The notes: a model not told the origin generated them from the sequence alone. A stretch of 64,000 nt of DNA from an uncultured Chloroflexia bacterium (GCA_963724635.1 CAVRVI010000005.1:41040-105039); one strand, 5' to 3'; counted from the stretch's first letter, positions 50,472 through 61,408 are shown. Made by a program: numbers and translations.

Positions 50472-50701
50472 CCGACCGGGAGACCGGCGACGCTCGTCCG
50501 GACAGGGGCGAGCCGCCGCGCGAACCGCGGCCCATCCTGGAACGGATCGGGCTGGCGGCGATCGCCGGCGTCCTCGCGACCCTGTTCGGCGGCGTGGCGG
50601 CCATCTCGTGGGCCGGGGGTGAGCCATTCCTTGCGGTCATGGGTGGCATCGGCTGCCTCATGACGGCCTGGGTGGGGGCGCTGACGCTCTTCCGCGGCTG
50701 A
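50468..50701 (+). CDS. Small membrane protein, operon-terminal
   Basis: The ORF is 77 aa with two TM helices. An ATGA overlap links it to pbpA. Confidence 0.4.
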   Translation: MTDRETGDARPDRGEPPREPRPILERIGLAAIAGVLATLFGGVAAISWAGGEPFLAVMGGIGCLMTAWVGALTLFRG

Positions 50702-50717
50702 TCCACGACCCCGCTCC

Positions 50718-52570
50718 TCAGGGAGTGGCGTCCCCACCATGGGCCCGCCAGGCACGCAGGACCTCCGCCACGCCCCAGGCCTGGAACGGCGCACCGCGCG
50801 GCGTGAACGGCGGTTCGGGTTCCAGGATCTCCGACACCGATCCGAGGCCGGCCTCCGCCAGATGGCGCTCGAAGGGTCGCAGCGCAGCCAGGGCAGCCGC
50901 CGACCCGCCACCGAACCGCGCCACGGCATCGGCGTACGGGCCGATCAGCCAGGTCCACACGGTGCCCTGGTGATAGGCGCGGTCTCGGGCATACCGGTCG
51001 CCCTGGTACCGCGGCTGGTACGCCGGGTCGGTCGGCGCCAGGGACCGCAGGCCCAGCGGTACGTGCAGCTCGCGGTCCACGGCCGCCAGCACCGATCGCG
51101 CGACGTCGCCATCGACGATGGGGTGGGGGAGGGCCAGGGCCAGGATCTGATTGGGCCGCAGCGCCGGATCGTCGCCGTCGGGGCCGTCCACGACATCGAG
51201 CAGGTAGCCCAGGTCCGGTCGCCAGAACCGCTCGTGGAAGGCGCGCTCGGCTCGTTCGGCCACGGCGAGGTAGGACGGGTCGTCCAGCCAGCCGCCGACC
51301 AGTCGCAGGGCGTTGATCCAGAGCGCCTGGATCTCGACGGGCTTGCCGCGCCGTGGCGTCACGACCCAGCCATCCACCTTGGCGTCCATCCAGGTGAGCT
51401 GCACACCTTCGGCGCCACAGGTGATGAGCTCATCGGCCGGATCGCGCCCGATCCCGAAGCGCGTGCCAGCGAGGTGGTGCTCCACGATGGACCGCAGGGT
51501 CGGCGAGAGCTCGCCGATCAGGGTCGCGTCGCCGGTGGCGATCCGGTGTGACTCCAGGGCCTGCACGAACCACAGCGAGGCATCGACCGTGTGATACGCC
51601 GGTTCCAGCCCCGGATCATCGGGGAAGTCGTTGGGGATGAGCCCATCGCGCTCGAACCGGGCGAACGAGCGCAGGATCGTCGCCGCCTCGGCGTGGCGGC
51701 CCGTGGTGAGACACAGACCCGGCAGCGCGATCATCGTGTCGCGGCCCCAGTCGTTGAACCACGGATAGCCGGCGATCACGGAACGGCCGTCGGGGACGCC
51801 CGGGATCTCGCGATGGACCACGAAGGCGTCGGCGCCGTGGACGAGCCGGCCGGCGAACGAGCCCGGCGCGTCGATGCCGGCGAGTCGCAGGAGGTCGGCG
51901 TCGCGGACCCGTGCTGCCGCGAGTGCCGCCTCCGCGTCGAGGGGCGCCTCGGGTTCGACGGTGAGGATCAGGGTCAACGGAGCACCCGGCCGGACGGGAC
52001 CCTCGACCCGGAGCGGCGCCCACAGGTCGTGCCGGTCGACGAGCCCGCGGTCGGTCTCCTCGGCGAGGGGCAGGTCGAGGACCCAGCGGCCCTCGGGCTG
52101 GATGGTCGCGCCCGCGGCGAGGATGCGCAGCGGCCCAGCGGGCACGCCATCGGCGGCCCGGCGGACGGCGTGGTGGTCGCGCTCCGTGACCAGCGGCACG
52201 AGGCGGATGGTCACGCCGGCTCCCTCGAGCAGCGCGTACCGGACGTAGGTCGTATTCGCCCCGTATGCCATCCAGATCGTCTTCTCGAGCCGGACACCGG
52301 CGACATCGAACGTGAAGACCGGCCGGCGGCCCACCAGCCGGACCGCCGCCGGTTCGCCGAGGGGCTGCTCGACGCCGTCCACGATCACGGTCTCCTCGAG
52401 CCCGCCGACCAACACGGTCCGGTCCACGGGCGGCCGCAACGAAGCGACCAGGAGACCGTGATACGACCGCGCCGGGAGACCGGACGCCGGGCCCATCGCG
52501 TACCCGCCGAGAGCGTTGGTGACGAGCCACTCATCGAAGGTTGAACGAATCGAGGGGGTTCGCACGTCAT
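50718..52570 (-). CDS. Glycogen debranching enzyme, amylo-alpha-1,6-glucosidase family (GDE_C)
   Basis: The sequence contains [20 protein letters not shown] and later [12 protein letters not shown]. The GTG start at 52570 was chosen to avoid an antisense N-terminal extension. Confidence 0.75.
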
Positions 52571-52724
52571 CATGGTGACGCCTCGGGAGGGCCGGAGGGA
52601 ACCGATTCGACGCCGCCGACGTACTATCACCCGACACCACGCGCCCGCGCCGTATCCCGTCGCACCCCCTGAGCCCACCCCGCGGCACTCGCCCACTTCG
52701 CCGCCGTACCCGCGAGAGAGGCCG

Positions 52725-53735
52725 ATGACGAAGATCCAGGAAACCGGGGACAAGGTCCTCGCCAATGTCGAGCGAGTCATCGTCGGCAAGCATCACGAGG
52801 TGCGACTCGCCCTGGTCGCCCTGCTGTGCCGAGGCCACCTCCTGATCGAGGACGTCCCCGGTACCGGCAAGACGGTCCTCGCCAAGGCGATCGCGCGCAG
52901 CCTCGGTTGCTCGTTCCGGCGCATCCAGTTCACCCCGGACCTGCTCCCGTCCGACGTGACCGGGCTGTCGATCTATAACCAGAAGACCCAGGAATTCGAG
53001 TTCCGCCCGGGGCCGATCATGAGCCAGGTGGTCCTCGCCGACGAGATCAACCGCGCGACCCCCAAGACGCAGTCGAGCCTCCTCGAGTGCATGGAGGAAC
53101 GCCAGTCGACGATCGACGGCATCACCCACCCGATGCCCGATCCCTTCCTCGTCATCGCGACCCAGAATCCGATCGAATACGAGGGCACGTTCGCCCTGCC
53201 GGAAGCGCAGCTGGACCGGTTCATGCTGCGGATCCGCCTGGGCTACCCCCAGCCGATCGAGGAGATCGTCATCCTCGACGAGCAGAAGCGCAGCCACCCG
53301 CTCGAGGAGCTCGAGGAGGTCCTGGCGGCCCAGGATCTGCGAGACCTGCAGGCCGCGGTGCGCGAGATCTACGTCGATTCGACCGTCGCCGACTACATCG
53401 TCCGGGTCGTCAACGCCACACGCCACCACCCCGACGTCTACCTCGGGGCGTCACCGCGCGGCTCCATCGCCCTCTATCGCGCGGGCCAGGCGCTGGCCGG
53501 CCTGCTCGGTCGCGACTATGTGATCCCCGACGACATCAAGGCGCTGGCCGAACCCGCCATCGCCCATCGCCTGATCATCAAGACGAGCTCGTCGATCCAT
53601 GACGTCCAGGCGGGCCAGGTCGTCCGCGAGATCCTCAATTCGACCCCCATCGACGGCATCCGCCCGACGGGCGGCGGACCCACCGAGCTGCGCCCGACGG
53701 CGACCACCGCCGTCACGACCAACCCGGGTTCCTAG
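52725..53735 (+). CDS. moxR: MoxR-family AAA+ ATPase
   Basis: Walker A is VPGTGKT, Walker B is [10 protein letters not shown], and sensor [10 protein letters not shown] is present. GAGAGAGG precedes the ATG. Confidence 0.85.
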   Translation: MTKIQETGDKVLANVERVIVGKHHEVRLALVALLCRGHLLIEDVPGTGKTVLAKAIARSLGCSFRRIQFTPDLLPSDVTGLSIYNQKTQEFEFRPGPIMSQVVLADEINRATPKTQSSLLECMEERQSTIDGITHPMPDPFLVIATQNPIEYEGTFALPEAQLDRFMLRIRLGYPQPIEEIVILDEQKRSHPLEELEEVLAAQDLRDLQAAVREIYVDSTVADYIVRVVNATRHHPDVYLGASPRGSIALYRAGQALAGLLGRDYVIPDDIKALAEPAIAHRLIIKTSSSIHDVQAGQVVREILNSTPIDGIRPTGGGPTELRPTATTAVTTNPGS

Positions 53736-53785
53736 GCGACCACGGGCCGGCTGACCACCACGACCCCGCGGAGAGGGACCCGTCC

Positions 53786-55042
53786 ATGATGCGACGACTC
53801 CAGGCGCTGGCCATCGCCACGATCCTGGTCGTCGCCGCGTTCTCGACCGGACAGCAGTTCCTCTTCTACCTGCTGTATCTCGCGATCCTGGTGGTCGGTG
53901 GGTCCTACGTCCTGGTCCGCCTGGGGCTCTCCGACCTGGAGGCCGGCTACGCCGTGAGCCAGCTCCACGGTCATGTCGGGGACCGGATGCGGGTGACCTA
54001 CACGCTGCGCAACAGCTCGCGGATCCCCAAACCCTGGCTGGAGATCCACAACCCGACGACCCTGCCCGGCGGCCTGCCCGGGCGGGCGATCACCCTCGGG
54101 GGACGGAGCGAGCGCTCCTGGCTCATCCGCGCCCCGCTCGCGCGGCGCGGCCACTTCCGGATCGAACCGCTGCACATCCGGACGGGCGATCCCTTCGGGT
54201 TCTTCGAGGCCGCGGCCACGGTCGGGCAGGGGGTCAGCGTCGTGGTCTATCCGCGCCTGGAGGCGCTGCCCATGTGGCGACTCCCGTCCGCCAGTCTGGA
54301 GGGCAGCCACGCGTCGCCGGAGCGGACGCTCCAGACGACCCCGCTCGCGATGACGGTCCGGCCCTACGCCCCCGGCGACAGCATGAACCGCATCCACTGG
54401 CGCTCCACGGCGCGCCACGGGGAGATCCAGGTCAAGGAGTTCGACCTGGAGCAGACCGCCGACGCCTGGATCATCCTTGACCTCCAGCGTGGCGTGCAGA
54501 CCGGTCGCGGCGACGAGTCGACCACCGAATCGGCCATCCGCGCCGCAGCGGCGATCGCCGACAAGGCGTTGACCGAGAACCGCGCGGTCGGGATGACCGT
54601 GAATGCCGGCCGAACCGCGTACCTGCCGGCGGACCGCGGCGGGCGCCAGCATCAGAAGATCATGCAGCTGTTGGCCGCGGTCGATGCCGATTCGTCGACC
54701 CCACTGGTCGAGACGCTCATCGCGTCGGTCGGGCGGCTTCGGCGAGGGATGACCGCCGTGATCATCACGGCCTCCCTGGATCCTTCGTGGGTTCGGCCGC
54801 TGGCGTCGCTCCGAGCGCGCGGCGTCGCGTGTGTCGTGGTCACGCTCGATGCCGCGGCCTACAGCCGCGTGGAGGCCGAGACGCGGGCCGCCTCCGAGGG
54901 CGGTTCGGTCGTCGTCGACGAAGCCGCTGCCGAGACGAATGCCAAGCGCGCCCGTGCCCTTCGTCACGCGCTCGCGGAATACGAGCTCAGGGCCTTCACG
55001 GTCACGCCGAACACGCCGCTGGGGGAGGTCCTGGCCGGATGA
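53786..55042 (+). CDS. DUF58 domain protein (VWA-like, MoxR partner)
   Basis: An N-terminal TM segment precedes the conserved DUF58 core containing RPYAPGDSMNRIHWRSTARHGEIQVKEF. Confidence 0.8.
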   Translation: MMRRLQALAIATILVVAAFSTGQQFLFYLLYLAILVVGGSYVLVRLGLSDLEAGYAVSQLHGHVGDRMRVTYTLRNSSRIPKPWLEIHNPTTLPGGLPGRAITLGGRSERSWLIRAPLARRGHFRIEPLHIRTGDPFGFFEAAATVGQGVSVVVYPRLEALPMWRLPSASLEGSHASPERTLQTTPLAMTVRPYAPGDSMNRIHWRSTARHGEIQVKEFDLEQTADAWIILDLQRGVQTGRGDESTTESAIRAAAAIADKALTENRAVGMTVNAGRTAYLPADRGGRQHQKIMQLLAAVDADSSTPLVETLIASVGRLRRGMTAVIITASLDPSWVRPLASLRARGVACVVVTLDAAAYSRVEAETRAASEGGSVVVDEAAAETNAKRARALRHALAEYELRAFTVTPNTPLGEVLAG

Positions 55043-57330
55043 TCTACACCACCAAGTCGGGCCGTTCCTTCCCGGTCGCACCACCCGAGGGCTGGTTGAC
55101 GCTGGGCCTCGTCCTGCTCCTGTGCCTCGCCTTCGCGTGGTCCCTCGACGATGCCCAGCTCGTGCTGGGAGACCCGGAGCTGACCGACTTCTTCACCTGG
55201 ACGGCGGTCGGCGGGGTCATGGCGGGGTTCCTCGGGGCGATGGTCGGCTGGGGCCGATGGCGGACGTTCCTCGTCGGGGCGGCGTTCGCCGCGCTCCTCA
55301 CGCCGCTCATGGTCGGATCCGTGATGCGTCCCGACGGCGCCCCCCTGGGAGTCCTGTTCACGGCGACGGCGGAAGCCGCTGTCCTTGCCTGGCAGGACCT
55401 GGTCGTGACCGATCTGCCGTTCACGACGCAGTACGGCCACCACCTGCTGACGCTCGGCCTGATCGTGTGGGGATCGTCGATGTTCGCGAGCTTCGCGGCG
55501 TTCGGCCATCGCCGCCCGCTCAACGCGATCCTGCTCATCGGCGTCCTGCTCGTCGCGAACATGGCGCTGACGCTCCGTGACCAGCTCCCGTACATGATCC
55601 TCTACTCGCTGGCCGCGCTCTTCCTGCTGATCCGCTTCCACACCTTCGATGAGCAGGCTGATTGGATCCGTCGGCGCATCGGTGACCCGACGGCGATCTC
55701 CGCCCTGTACCTGCGCGGCGGGACGATCTTCATCGTCGGGGCCGTGCTGGGCTCGTTCCTCCTGACCAAGGCGGCGTCGTCCGCACCGCTGGCCGGCGCC
55801 TGGACCGACATGGGCGGCCGGGTCATCGAGTGGTCGCAGTTCCTCGAGAAGTACCTTCCGGTGTCCGGCTCCGGGCGGTCCATCGGTCCGTCGTTCGGGT
55901 CGACCGCGAGCATCGGCGGCGTGTGGACGGCCGACGAAGGCCTGGCGCTGACCTGGCAGTCGGCCACGGTCCTGGAGAACCCACCGTACCTCGCCGCCGT
56001 CGTCTATGACGACTTCAAGATCCACGCTTGGGATTCGGGGCAGGCCATCACCGCGGAGCGGCCGGGCGGCGACAAGCTGCTCGACGGCACGAAGGATGCG
56101 ATCGGATCGGTGGGACGGCGCGAATACTCGACGACCATCACGCCGGTCCAGTCCCGTGAACGCGTCTACGCGCCCGAGATGCCCGTCAAGATCACGGGCG
56201 ACGCCCGGGTGCGGCTGATCGGCGACGGGTACTACAACTGGCTGGAGCGCCCGAGCTCCAGCGATCCGTACACGGTCACGTCCCTGATCCCTGCCGAGGA
56301 GAAGGACGGCGGCGTGACCGAGGGCAAGCTGCGCGCGGCGGGCGAGGTCTACCCGTCAGGCATGCTCCAGGAGTACGGCCGCGCGGCGGTGCCGGAAGGG
56401 ACGTTCACGACGCCAGAGGCGCGCCACCTTCTCGATGAGATCGTCAGGGTCGTCGGCGCCAACGACAACCCGTATGACCTGGCCCTCCAGATGGTCCGGA
56501 CCCTCCAGAGCAAGGAGTTCACCTACGACATCGACGTCCGGGACTTCCGCTGCGACCTGTCGATCGTGGACTGCTTCGCCGTCAACAAGCGCGGCTATTG
56601 CGAGTACTACGCCACGACGATGGCGATGATGCTCCGCGAACTGGACATCCCCGCGCGGCTCGTCGAGGGCTACCTGCCCGGCGAGAAGATCGGGCCGGGG
56701 AACACGTATCAGGTCCGCAACTCCGACTCCCATGCCTGGGTCCAGGTGTACTTCCCAGGCTACGGCTGGATCGACTTCGACCCGACCGGCGGGAACGTGG
56801 CCGCCCTGGCGCCGCTGCCGTCCGGCAAGCCCGAGGCGACCGCGAGCATCGACCCGGCCGCCGCTGCGAGCCGCGGACCACGGGCGGAGCCGACCTTCCG
56901 AGACATCGATGAGGGTGCCGGTGGCAGCATCACGCGCGGGCCGCAGGCCCCGGTCGGTCCGTTGATCGCCGCCGCCGTCCTGCTCGCCGTGATCGTCGGC
57001 GCGCTGTCGTTCGCGCTGTGGCGGCGCGGCCCGCGCGGGCCGGTCTCCGCCGATGGGGCCTACGGCATGGTCACGAGGTTCGCGTCGCGATTCGGCTTCG
57101 CGCCCAAGCCCAACCAGACGGTCTACGAATACGCGGGTGCCCTGGCCGAGATCCTGCCGGACGCGCGTCCCCAGCTCGAGACCGTGGCCCAGGCCAAGGT
57201 GGAGGTCGCGTACGGGGGACGGCTGCTGGGCGCCGATCGGCTGACGTCGCTCAAGGAGGCCCAGCGTCGCCTGCGGACGAGCCTCCTCAAGCTCGTGGTC
57301 ATCCGCGGACGACGGCGCAAGCGTCGCTGA
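55039..57330 (+). CDS. Transglutaminase-like membrane protein (DUF3488 TM domain + TGase core + DUF4129-like C-terminus)
   Basis: An ATGA overlap links it to the DUF58 gene. There are several N-terminal TM helices. The TGase catalytic Cys is in GYCEYYATTMAMMLR, and His/Asp are in DSHAWVQVY...DFDPT. Confidence 0.8.
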   Translation: MIYTTKSGRSFPVAPPEGWLTLGLVLLLCLAFAWSLDDAQLVLGDPELTDFFTWTAVGGVMAGFLGAMVGWGRWRTFLVGAAFAALLTPLMVGSVMRPDGAPLGVLFTATAEAAVLAWQDLVVTDLPFTTQYGHHLLTLGLIVWGSSMFASFAAFGHRRPLNAILLIGVLLVANMALTLRDQLPYMILYSLAALFLLIRFHTFDEQADWIRRRIGDPTAISALYLRGGTIFIVGAVLGSFLLTKAASSAPLAGAWTDMGGRVIEWSQFLEKYLPVSGSGRSIGPSFGSTASIGGVWTADEGLALTWQSATVLENPPYLAAVVYDDFKIHAWDSGQAITAERPGGDKLLDGTKDAIGSVGRREYSTTITPVQSRERVYAPEMPVKITGDARVRLIGDGYYNWLERPSSSDPYTVTSLIPAEEKDGGVTEGKLRAAGEVYPSGMLQEYGRAAVPEGTFTTPEARHLLDEIVRVVGANDNPYDLALQMVRTLQSKEFTYDIDVRDFRCDLSIVDCFAVNKRGYCEYYATTMAMMLRELDIPARLVEGYLPGEKIGPGNTYQVRNSDSHAWVQVYFPGYGWIDFDPTGGNVAALAPLPSGKPEATASIDPAAAASRGPRAEPTFRDIDEGAGGSITRGPQAPVGPLIAAAVLLAVIVGALSFALWRRGPRGPVSADGAYGMVTRFASRFGFAPKPNQTVYEYAGALAEILPDARPQLETVAQAKVEVAYGGRLLGADRLTSLKEAQRRLRTSLLKLVVIRGRRRKRR

Positions 57331-57373
57331 CCGTCGGAGACGACCACGGGTTCGCCGCTGGCGGGCCCGACGC

Positions 57374-58225
57374 CTAGAGCGCCCCGCTGCGGCTGCGCGC
57401 CTCCTGGGCGGCGATGGCTTCCTCGTCGAGCAGGGACGCCAGGTGGCCGGTGAGGTTGTGGGCGCGCAGCACGGGCTGGCCACCCCGGAACTCGATCACG
57501 CTGGTGGCGCACAGGTCCATCGACCACATCCAGAACCGCTCCAGCGGCAGGTCGAACACGGTGAGCAGGGTGACCTTGAAGACGCCGTCGTGCCCCACCA
57601 GCACGGTCCAGGGGTGCTCGGACGGGGCGTCGCCATAGCCCGGCACCTGGTCGCGATCGCGCGTCCCGGGCACCCCGGCCGCGGCGAGCCCGGCGAGGGT
57701 CCGTGCCAGCGCCGGCCGGACCCGAGCGGCGACCTCGGTGAGGGATTCGCCGCCATTCGCCCACTGCTCGGTGGGTCGGCGGCGCCAGGTGGCGAGCTCG
57801 GAGGCATAGCGAGCCGCGATCTCGTCGCGGTGCAGGCCCTCCCACGCCCCCTGACCGATCTCCATGAAGCCGGCATCCGGGCGCTGGGGCGGTGGTGCTT
57901 CCCGACCACCCAGCTCTGCATCGACCATGGCCGCCGCGATGGCGTCGGCGGTCTGGGTGGTCCGACCCAGCGGGGAGTGGACGATCTCGAGCGGGGCCCC
58001 CGGAGGGATGGGCAAGGTCGGCGAGGCAAGCGGGTCAGCCAGACGACCGCCGACGAGAGCCGCTTGACGCAGCCCGCGCGCGGTGAGTGGGGAGTCGGCC
58101 TGGCCCTGGAAGCGGCCCTCGACGAGGTACTGCGACTCGCCGTGGCGAACCAGGACGAGGGTCGCGTCGAGGCCGGGCGGGATCAGCGACGGCGGGTCGC
58201 CCGCGGTCGGCGCAGGGCCGGCGCC
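57374..58225 (-). pseudogene. Histidine phosphatase (phosphoglycerate-mutase) family protein; 1-nt deletion and no in-frame start codon
   Basis: The catalytic N-terminus LVLVRHGESQYLVEGRFQGQADSPLTAR is in one frame. The remainder, GLRQAALVGGRLA...MPIPPGAPLEIVHSPLGRTTQTA, is in another. A G is missing from the run at about 58085. No ATG, GTG or TTG is found upstream before the serA stop. Confidence 0.6.
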
Positions 58226-58230
58226 GGGGC

Positions 58231-59817
58231 TCAGCGCTCGCCTCCAAGACGGATCGTCCAGAGCTCCAGGACGGCGTCCTGGTGGCGGATCGCGTCCTCG
58301 ACCGAGGGCGGGATGTCGTCGTCGAGCGCGAGGATCATCAGCGCGTCCTCGCGCGGCCGAGTGCGGGCAAGGTGCATCGCGCTGATGTTGACATCGGCCT
58401 CGCCGAGCATCGCCCCGATCCGCCCGACCATCCCGGGTCGATCCCGGTGGCGGCTGATGAGCATGACGTCGGCCGGCGCCATGTCGAGCCGATAGTCGCC
58501 CAGCCGGGTGATGCGAGGCTCGCCACCGGCGACCGTGCCGGCGACGGCCAGGTGATGCCCGTCACGCACGTCCGACGACACCGTCAGCTGCGCCGCGAAC
58601 GCGCCGGCATCAGGCGTCTTGCGCTCGATCACGGTGATGCCCCGCGCCTTGGCGAGGGCGCCGGCGTTGACGAGGTTCACCCGCTCGGTGGTCGAGGTCT
58701 CCAGCAGCCCACGCAGCATGGCGGCCGTCAGGGGCGAGGCGTCGTGTTCGGCGAGTTCGCCCGCGATCTCGAGGGTGATGGTTCGCACGCCTCCGCGCGA
58801 GAGTTGCGCGAAGAACCGACCCAGGATCTCGGCGAGGGGAAGGTACGGGGCGATGGCCCGGGCCGTCTCGGGCGTGAGCAGCGGCGCGTTGACCGCGTAT
58901 CGGGCGCTGCGGCCGTCCAGGACGTCGAGGACCTGGGCCGCGACCTCCTCGGAAACGAGGACCTGGGCCTCGGCCGTGGAAGCGCCCAGGTGCGGCGTGA
59001 GCAAGGTGTTCGGCGCGTCCAGGAGCGGTGAACCGGTGGGCGGCTCCTGGTCGAACACGTCGATGCCGGCACCGCCCAGGTGCCCGGAGACGAGCGCTTC
59101 GGCGACGGCCGCCTCGTCGAGGACGCCGCCACGGGCGACGTTGAGGACGATGGAACCGGGCTTGAGCTTGGCGATCGCCTCGCGACCGATGAGGCCGCGC
59201 GTCGCTCGCGTCAGTGGCACGTGCACCGTCACGACATCGGCCCGGGCGAGCATCTCGTCGAACTCGACGAGCTCCACGCCATGGTTCGCTGCCTGCTCGG
59301 CCGTGACGAACGGGTCGACGCCAAGGACCACCATCTCCATCGCCCGGGCGCGGACCGCGATGGCCTGACCGATCTTCCCGAGCCCCACGATCCCGATCGT
59401 GCGTCCACGCAACTCGAGGCCCGTGAACTGGGCCCGTTTCCATTCCCCGCGCCGGACCGACGCGTCGGCGGCGGCGGTCTTGCGGGCGACGCCATAGAGC
59501 AGCGCCAGCGTGTGCTCGGCCGCGGCGATCGTGTTGCCGGTCGGGGCGTTGACCACCGTGATCCCGGCGCGGGTCGCGGCGTCGAGATCGACGTTGTCGA
59601 CCCCGACCCCGGCGCGGCCGATCACGACCAGTCGCGAACCTGCGGCGATGAGCTCGGCGTCGACCTGGACCTGGCTACGGACGATCAGGGCGTCGTAGTC
59701 GGGCAGGATCGCCGCGAGTTCCTCGCGGGTGCAGCCGATGCGCTCATCGACCTCGTGATGGGCGGCGAGGAGTTCGACGCCCTCGCGCGCAACGGGCTCC
59801 GCGACGAGGATCCTCAC
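58231..59817 (-). CDS. serA: D-3-phosphoglycerate dehydrogenase with C-terminal ACT domain
   Basis: The ORF is 529 aa. The NAD-binding motif is GIVGLGKIGQAIA. The catalytic residues lie in HLGAST. An ACT domain is present. The GTG start overlaps the upstream aminotransferase stop. Confidence 0.85.
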   Translation of the reverse strand: MRILVAEPVAREGVELLAAHHEVDERIGCTREELAAILPDYDALIVRSQVQVDAELIAAGSRLVVIGRAGVGVDNVDLDAATRAGITVVNAPTGNTIAAAEHTLALLYGVARKTAAADASVRRGEWKRAQFTGLELRGRTIGIVGLGKIGQAIAVRARAMEMVVLGVDPFVTAEQAANHGVELVEFDEMLARADVVTVHVPLTRATRGLIGREAIAKLKPGSIVLNVARGGVLDEAAVAEALVSGHLGGAGIDVFDQEPPTGSPLLDAPNTLLTPHLGASTAEAQVLVSEEVAAQVLDVLDGRSARYAVNAPLLTPETARAIAPYLPLAEILGRFFAQLSRGGVRTITLEIAGELAEHDASPLTAAMLRGLLETSTTERVNLVNAGALAKARGITVIERKTPDAGAFAAQLTVSSDVRDGHHLAVAGTVAGGEPRITRLGDYRLDMAPADVMLISRHRDRPGMVGRIGAMLGEADVNISAMHLARTRPREDALMILALDDDIPPSVEDAIRHQDAVLELWTIRLGGER

Positions 59818-61004
59818 GCGCGAGCCCCGGCGGTGGCGATGGCGGCGATCCCATAGGTCGCGAGGGCGGCGCGCTGAGCGGCCGCCACGGCTGCACCTGG
59901 CTCGACCGCCCGGCCCTGCTGGAGCGAGACGATCTCGAGCGTGCTGAACGCTCCGAGGATCTCCTCGAGGGTCACCGAACCGAGATGGCCCAGCCGGAAG
60001 ATCTTGCCCGTCAGCTTGCCCTGGCCGCCGGCCAGGACGACGCCACGGCGCTTGACCTCGGCGTTGAACGCCTTCCAGTCGAGGCCGTCGGGGACGTGGG
60101 CGGCGGTCACGGTTCGCGAAGCATGGCGGGGATCGGCGAAGAGATCGAAGCCCAGGGCCTCGAGCCCGGCGCGCGCGGCGGCGGCACACGCCTCGTGCCG
60201 GGCGAAGATGGCCTCGGCACCCTCTTCCTGCATGAGGCGCAGCCCTTCGTCGACCTGGTAGACGACGGCGATGGCCGGCGTGAACGGCGTCTGACCGTTC
60301 GCCGCCGCGTCGCGGTGCGCCCGCAGGTCCAGGTAGAAGCGCGGCATCGTGGCCATCTCCATGGCGGCCCAGGCGCGCGGCGAGGCTGCGATCATCGCGA
60401 GGCCCGGGGCGGCCATCCAGGCCTTCTGCGAGCCGGTCACGACTACGTCCACGCCCCACGCATCCATCTCGAACGGCACGGCGCCCAGACCCGACACACT
60501 GTCGACGAGGATGAGCGCGTCCGGCGTTTCCTCCCGGACGGCGGCAGCAAGCTCGGGGATCGGGTTCATCACGCCGGTCGAGGTTTCGTTGTGGGTCAGC
60601 AGGACCGCCTTGACGTCCGACATGGAGCGCAAGCGCTCGCGGATCTCGTCCGCGGCCGCGGCGTAGCCCCACTCGGCGTCGAGTTTGGTGACATCCGCGC
60701 CGTAGATGCCGGCGATCTTGGCGAATCGGTCGCCGAAGGATCCGATGGAGACGCCGAGGACCTGATCACCGGGGGACAGGGTGTTGACGACGGCCGCCTC
60801 GAGACCACCCGACCCGGCTGTCGTGATGACGGCCACATCGTTCGTCGTCCCGAAGTACGGCTTCATGCCGCTCAGGATCCGCTCCAGCATGGCCGCGAAC
60901 TCGGGGCCGCGGTGATTGATCATCTGGCGGCCGCCGGCGACGCGGACGCTCGGCGGGAGGGCGGTCGGTCCGGGGATGCGGAGGTTCGGCTCGAATCGGT
61001 CCAC
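59814..61004 (-). CDS. Class V aminotransferase (phosphoserine aminotransferase-like; alanine-glyoxylate aminotransferase family)
   Basis: The PLP-lysine context is VTGSQKAWMAAPG. GGAG lies 9 nt before the GTG start at 61004. The gene is directly upstream of serA and translationally coupled to it. Confidence 0.75.
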   Translation of the reverse strand: MDRFEPNLRIPGPTALPPSVRVAGGRQMINHRGPEFAAMLERILSGMKPYFGTTNDVAVITTAGSGGLEAAVVNTLSPGDQVLGVSIGSFGDRFAKIAGIYGADVTKLDAEWGYAAAADEIRERLRSMSDVKAVLLTHNETSTGVMNPIPELAAAVREETPDALILVDSVSGLGAVPFEMDAWGVDVVVTGSQKAWMAAPGLAMIAASPRAWAAMEMATMPRFYLDLRAHRDAAANGQTPFTPAIAVVYQVDEGLRLMQEEGAEAIFARHEACAAAARAGLEALGFDLFADPRHASRTVTAAHVPDGLDWKAFNAEVKRRGVVLAGGQGKLTGKIFRLGHLGSVTLEEILGAFSTLEIVSLQQGRAVEPGAAVAAAQRAALATYGIAAIATAGARA

Positions 61005-61102
61005 GGGTCGTCTCCTGCCTGAGCGCCGACGGCGCGAGATGGATGAGTGGCACGGTCGTAGGGTCGACGGCGTCGCCGGATGTCGAGGGGCGATGGTGCC
61101 AC

Positions 61103-61146
61103 GGGTTGACGCCGTCCTTCCACCGTGGCATATATGACGGCATATG
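61103..61146 (+). promoter_or_regulatory. AT-rich palindromic promoter/operator region upstream of vapB
   Basis: The -35-like TTGACG is at 61106. CCACCGTGG is a dyad. CATATATG and GCATATGC are perfect palindromes. They are embedded in otherwise 70% GC DNA immediately 5' of the vapB ATG. Confidence 0.35.
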
Positions 61147-61389
61147 CATGCACGAACGACGATCCTGATGGACACCGATCTTCTCGACCGGCTCGGTCGA
61201 TTCGCGGGACGAGCCCGGACCACGAAGACGGCCGTCATCGCGGCGGCCGTGGAGGCGTACCTTGCCGAGCACGACGAGGCGCCCGAACTCGCCTTCGTCG
61301 GCGTGGGCCAGAGCAGCCATGGCCGGCTCTCCCTGGATGGGCGCCGGATCGTGCGGCGCGAAGCCGGTCGCCGGCCCGGCGCCCGCTGA
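61144..61389 (+). CDS. vapB: Ribbon-helix-helix antitoxin (VapB/CopG-like)
   Basis: The ORF is 81 aa. RHH is predicted at ILMDTDLLDRLGRFAGRARTTKTAVIAAAVEAYL. Confidence 0.6.
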   Translation: MHARTTILMDTDLLDRLGRFAGRARTTKTAVIAAAVEAYLAEHDEAPELAFVGVGQSSHGRLSLDGRRIVRREAGRRPGAR

Positions 61390-61408
61390 CCACCGCTCAG
61401 GACGACGC

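Noticed and set aside
50718-53429. Full 903-aa extent of the minus-strand glucosidase ORF
   Set aside because: The upstream 290 codons are antisense to the moxR promoter and N-terminus and lack GDE similarity. The gene was trimmed to the GTG at 52570.
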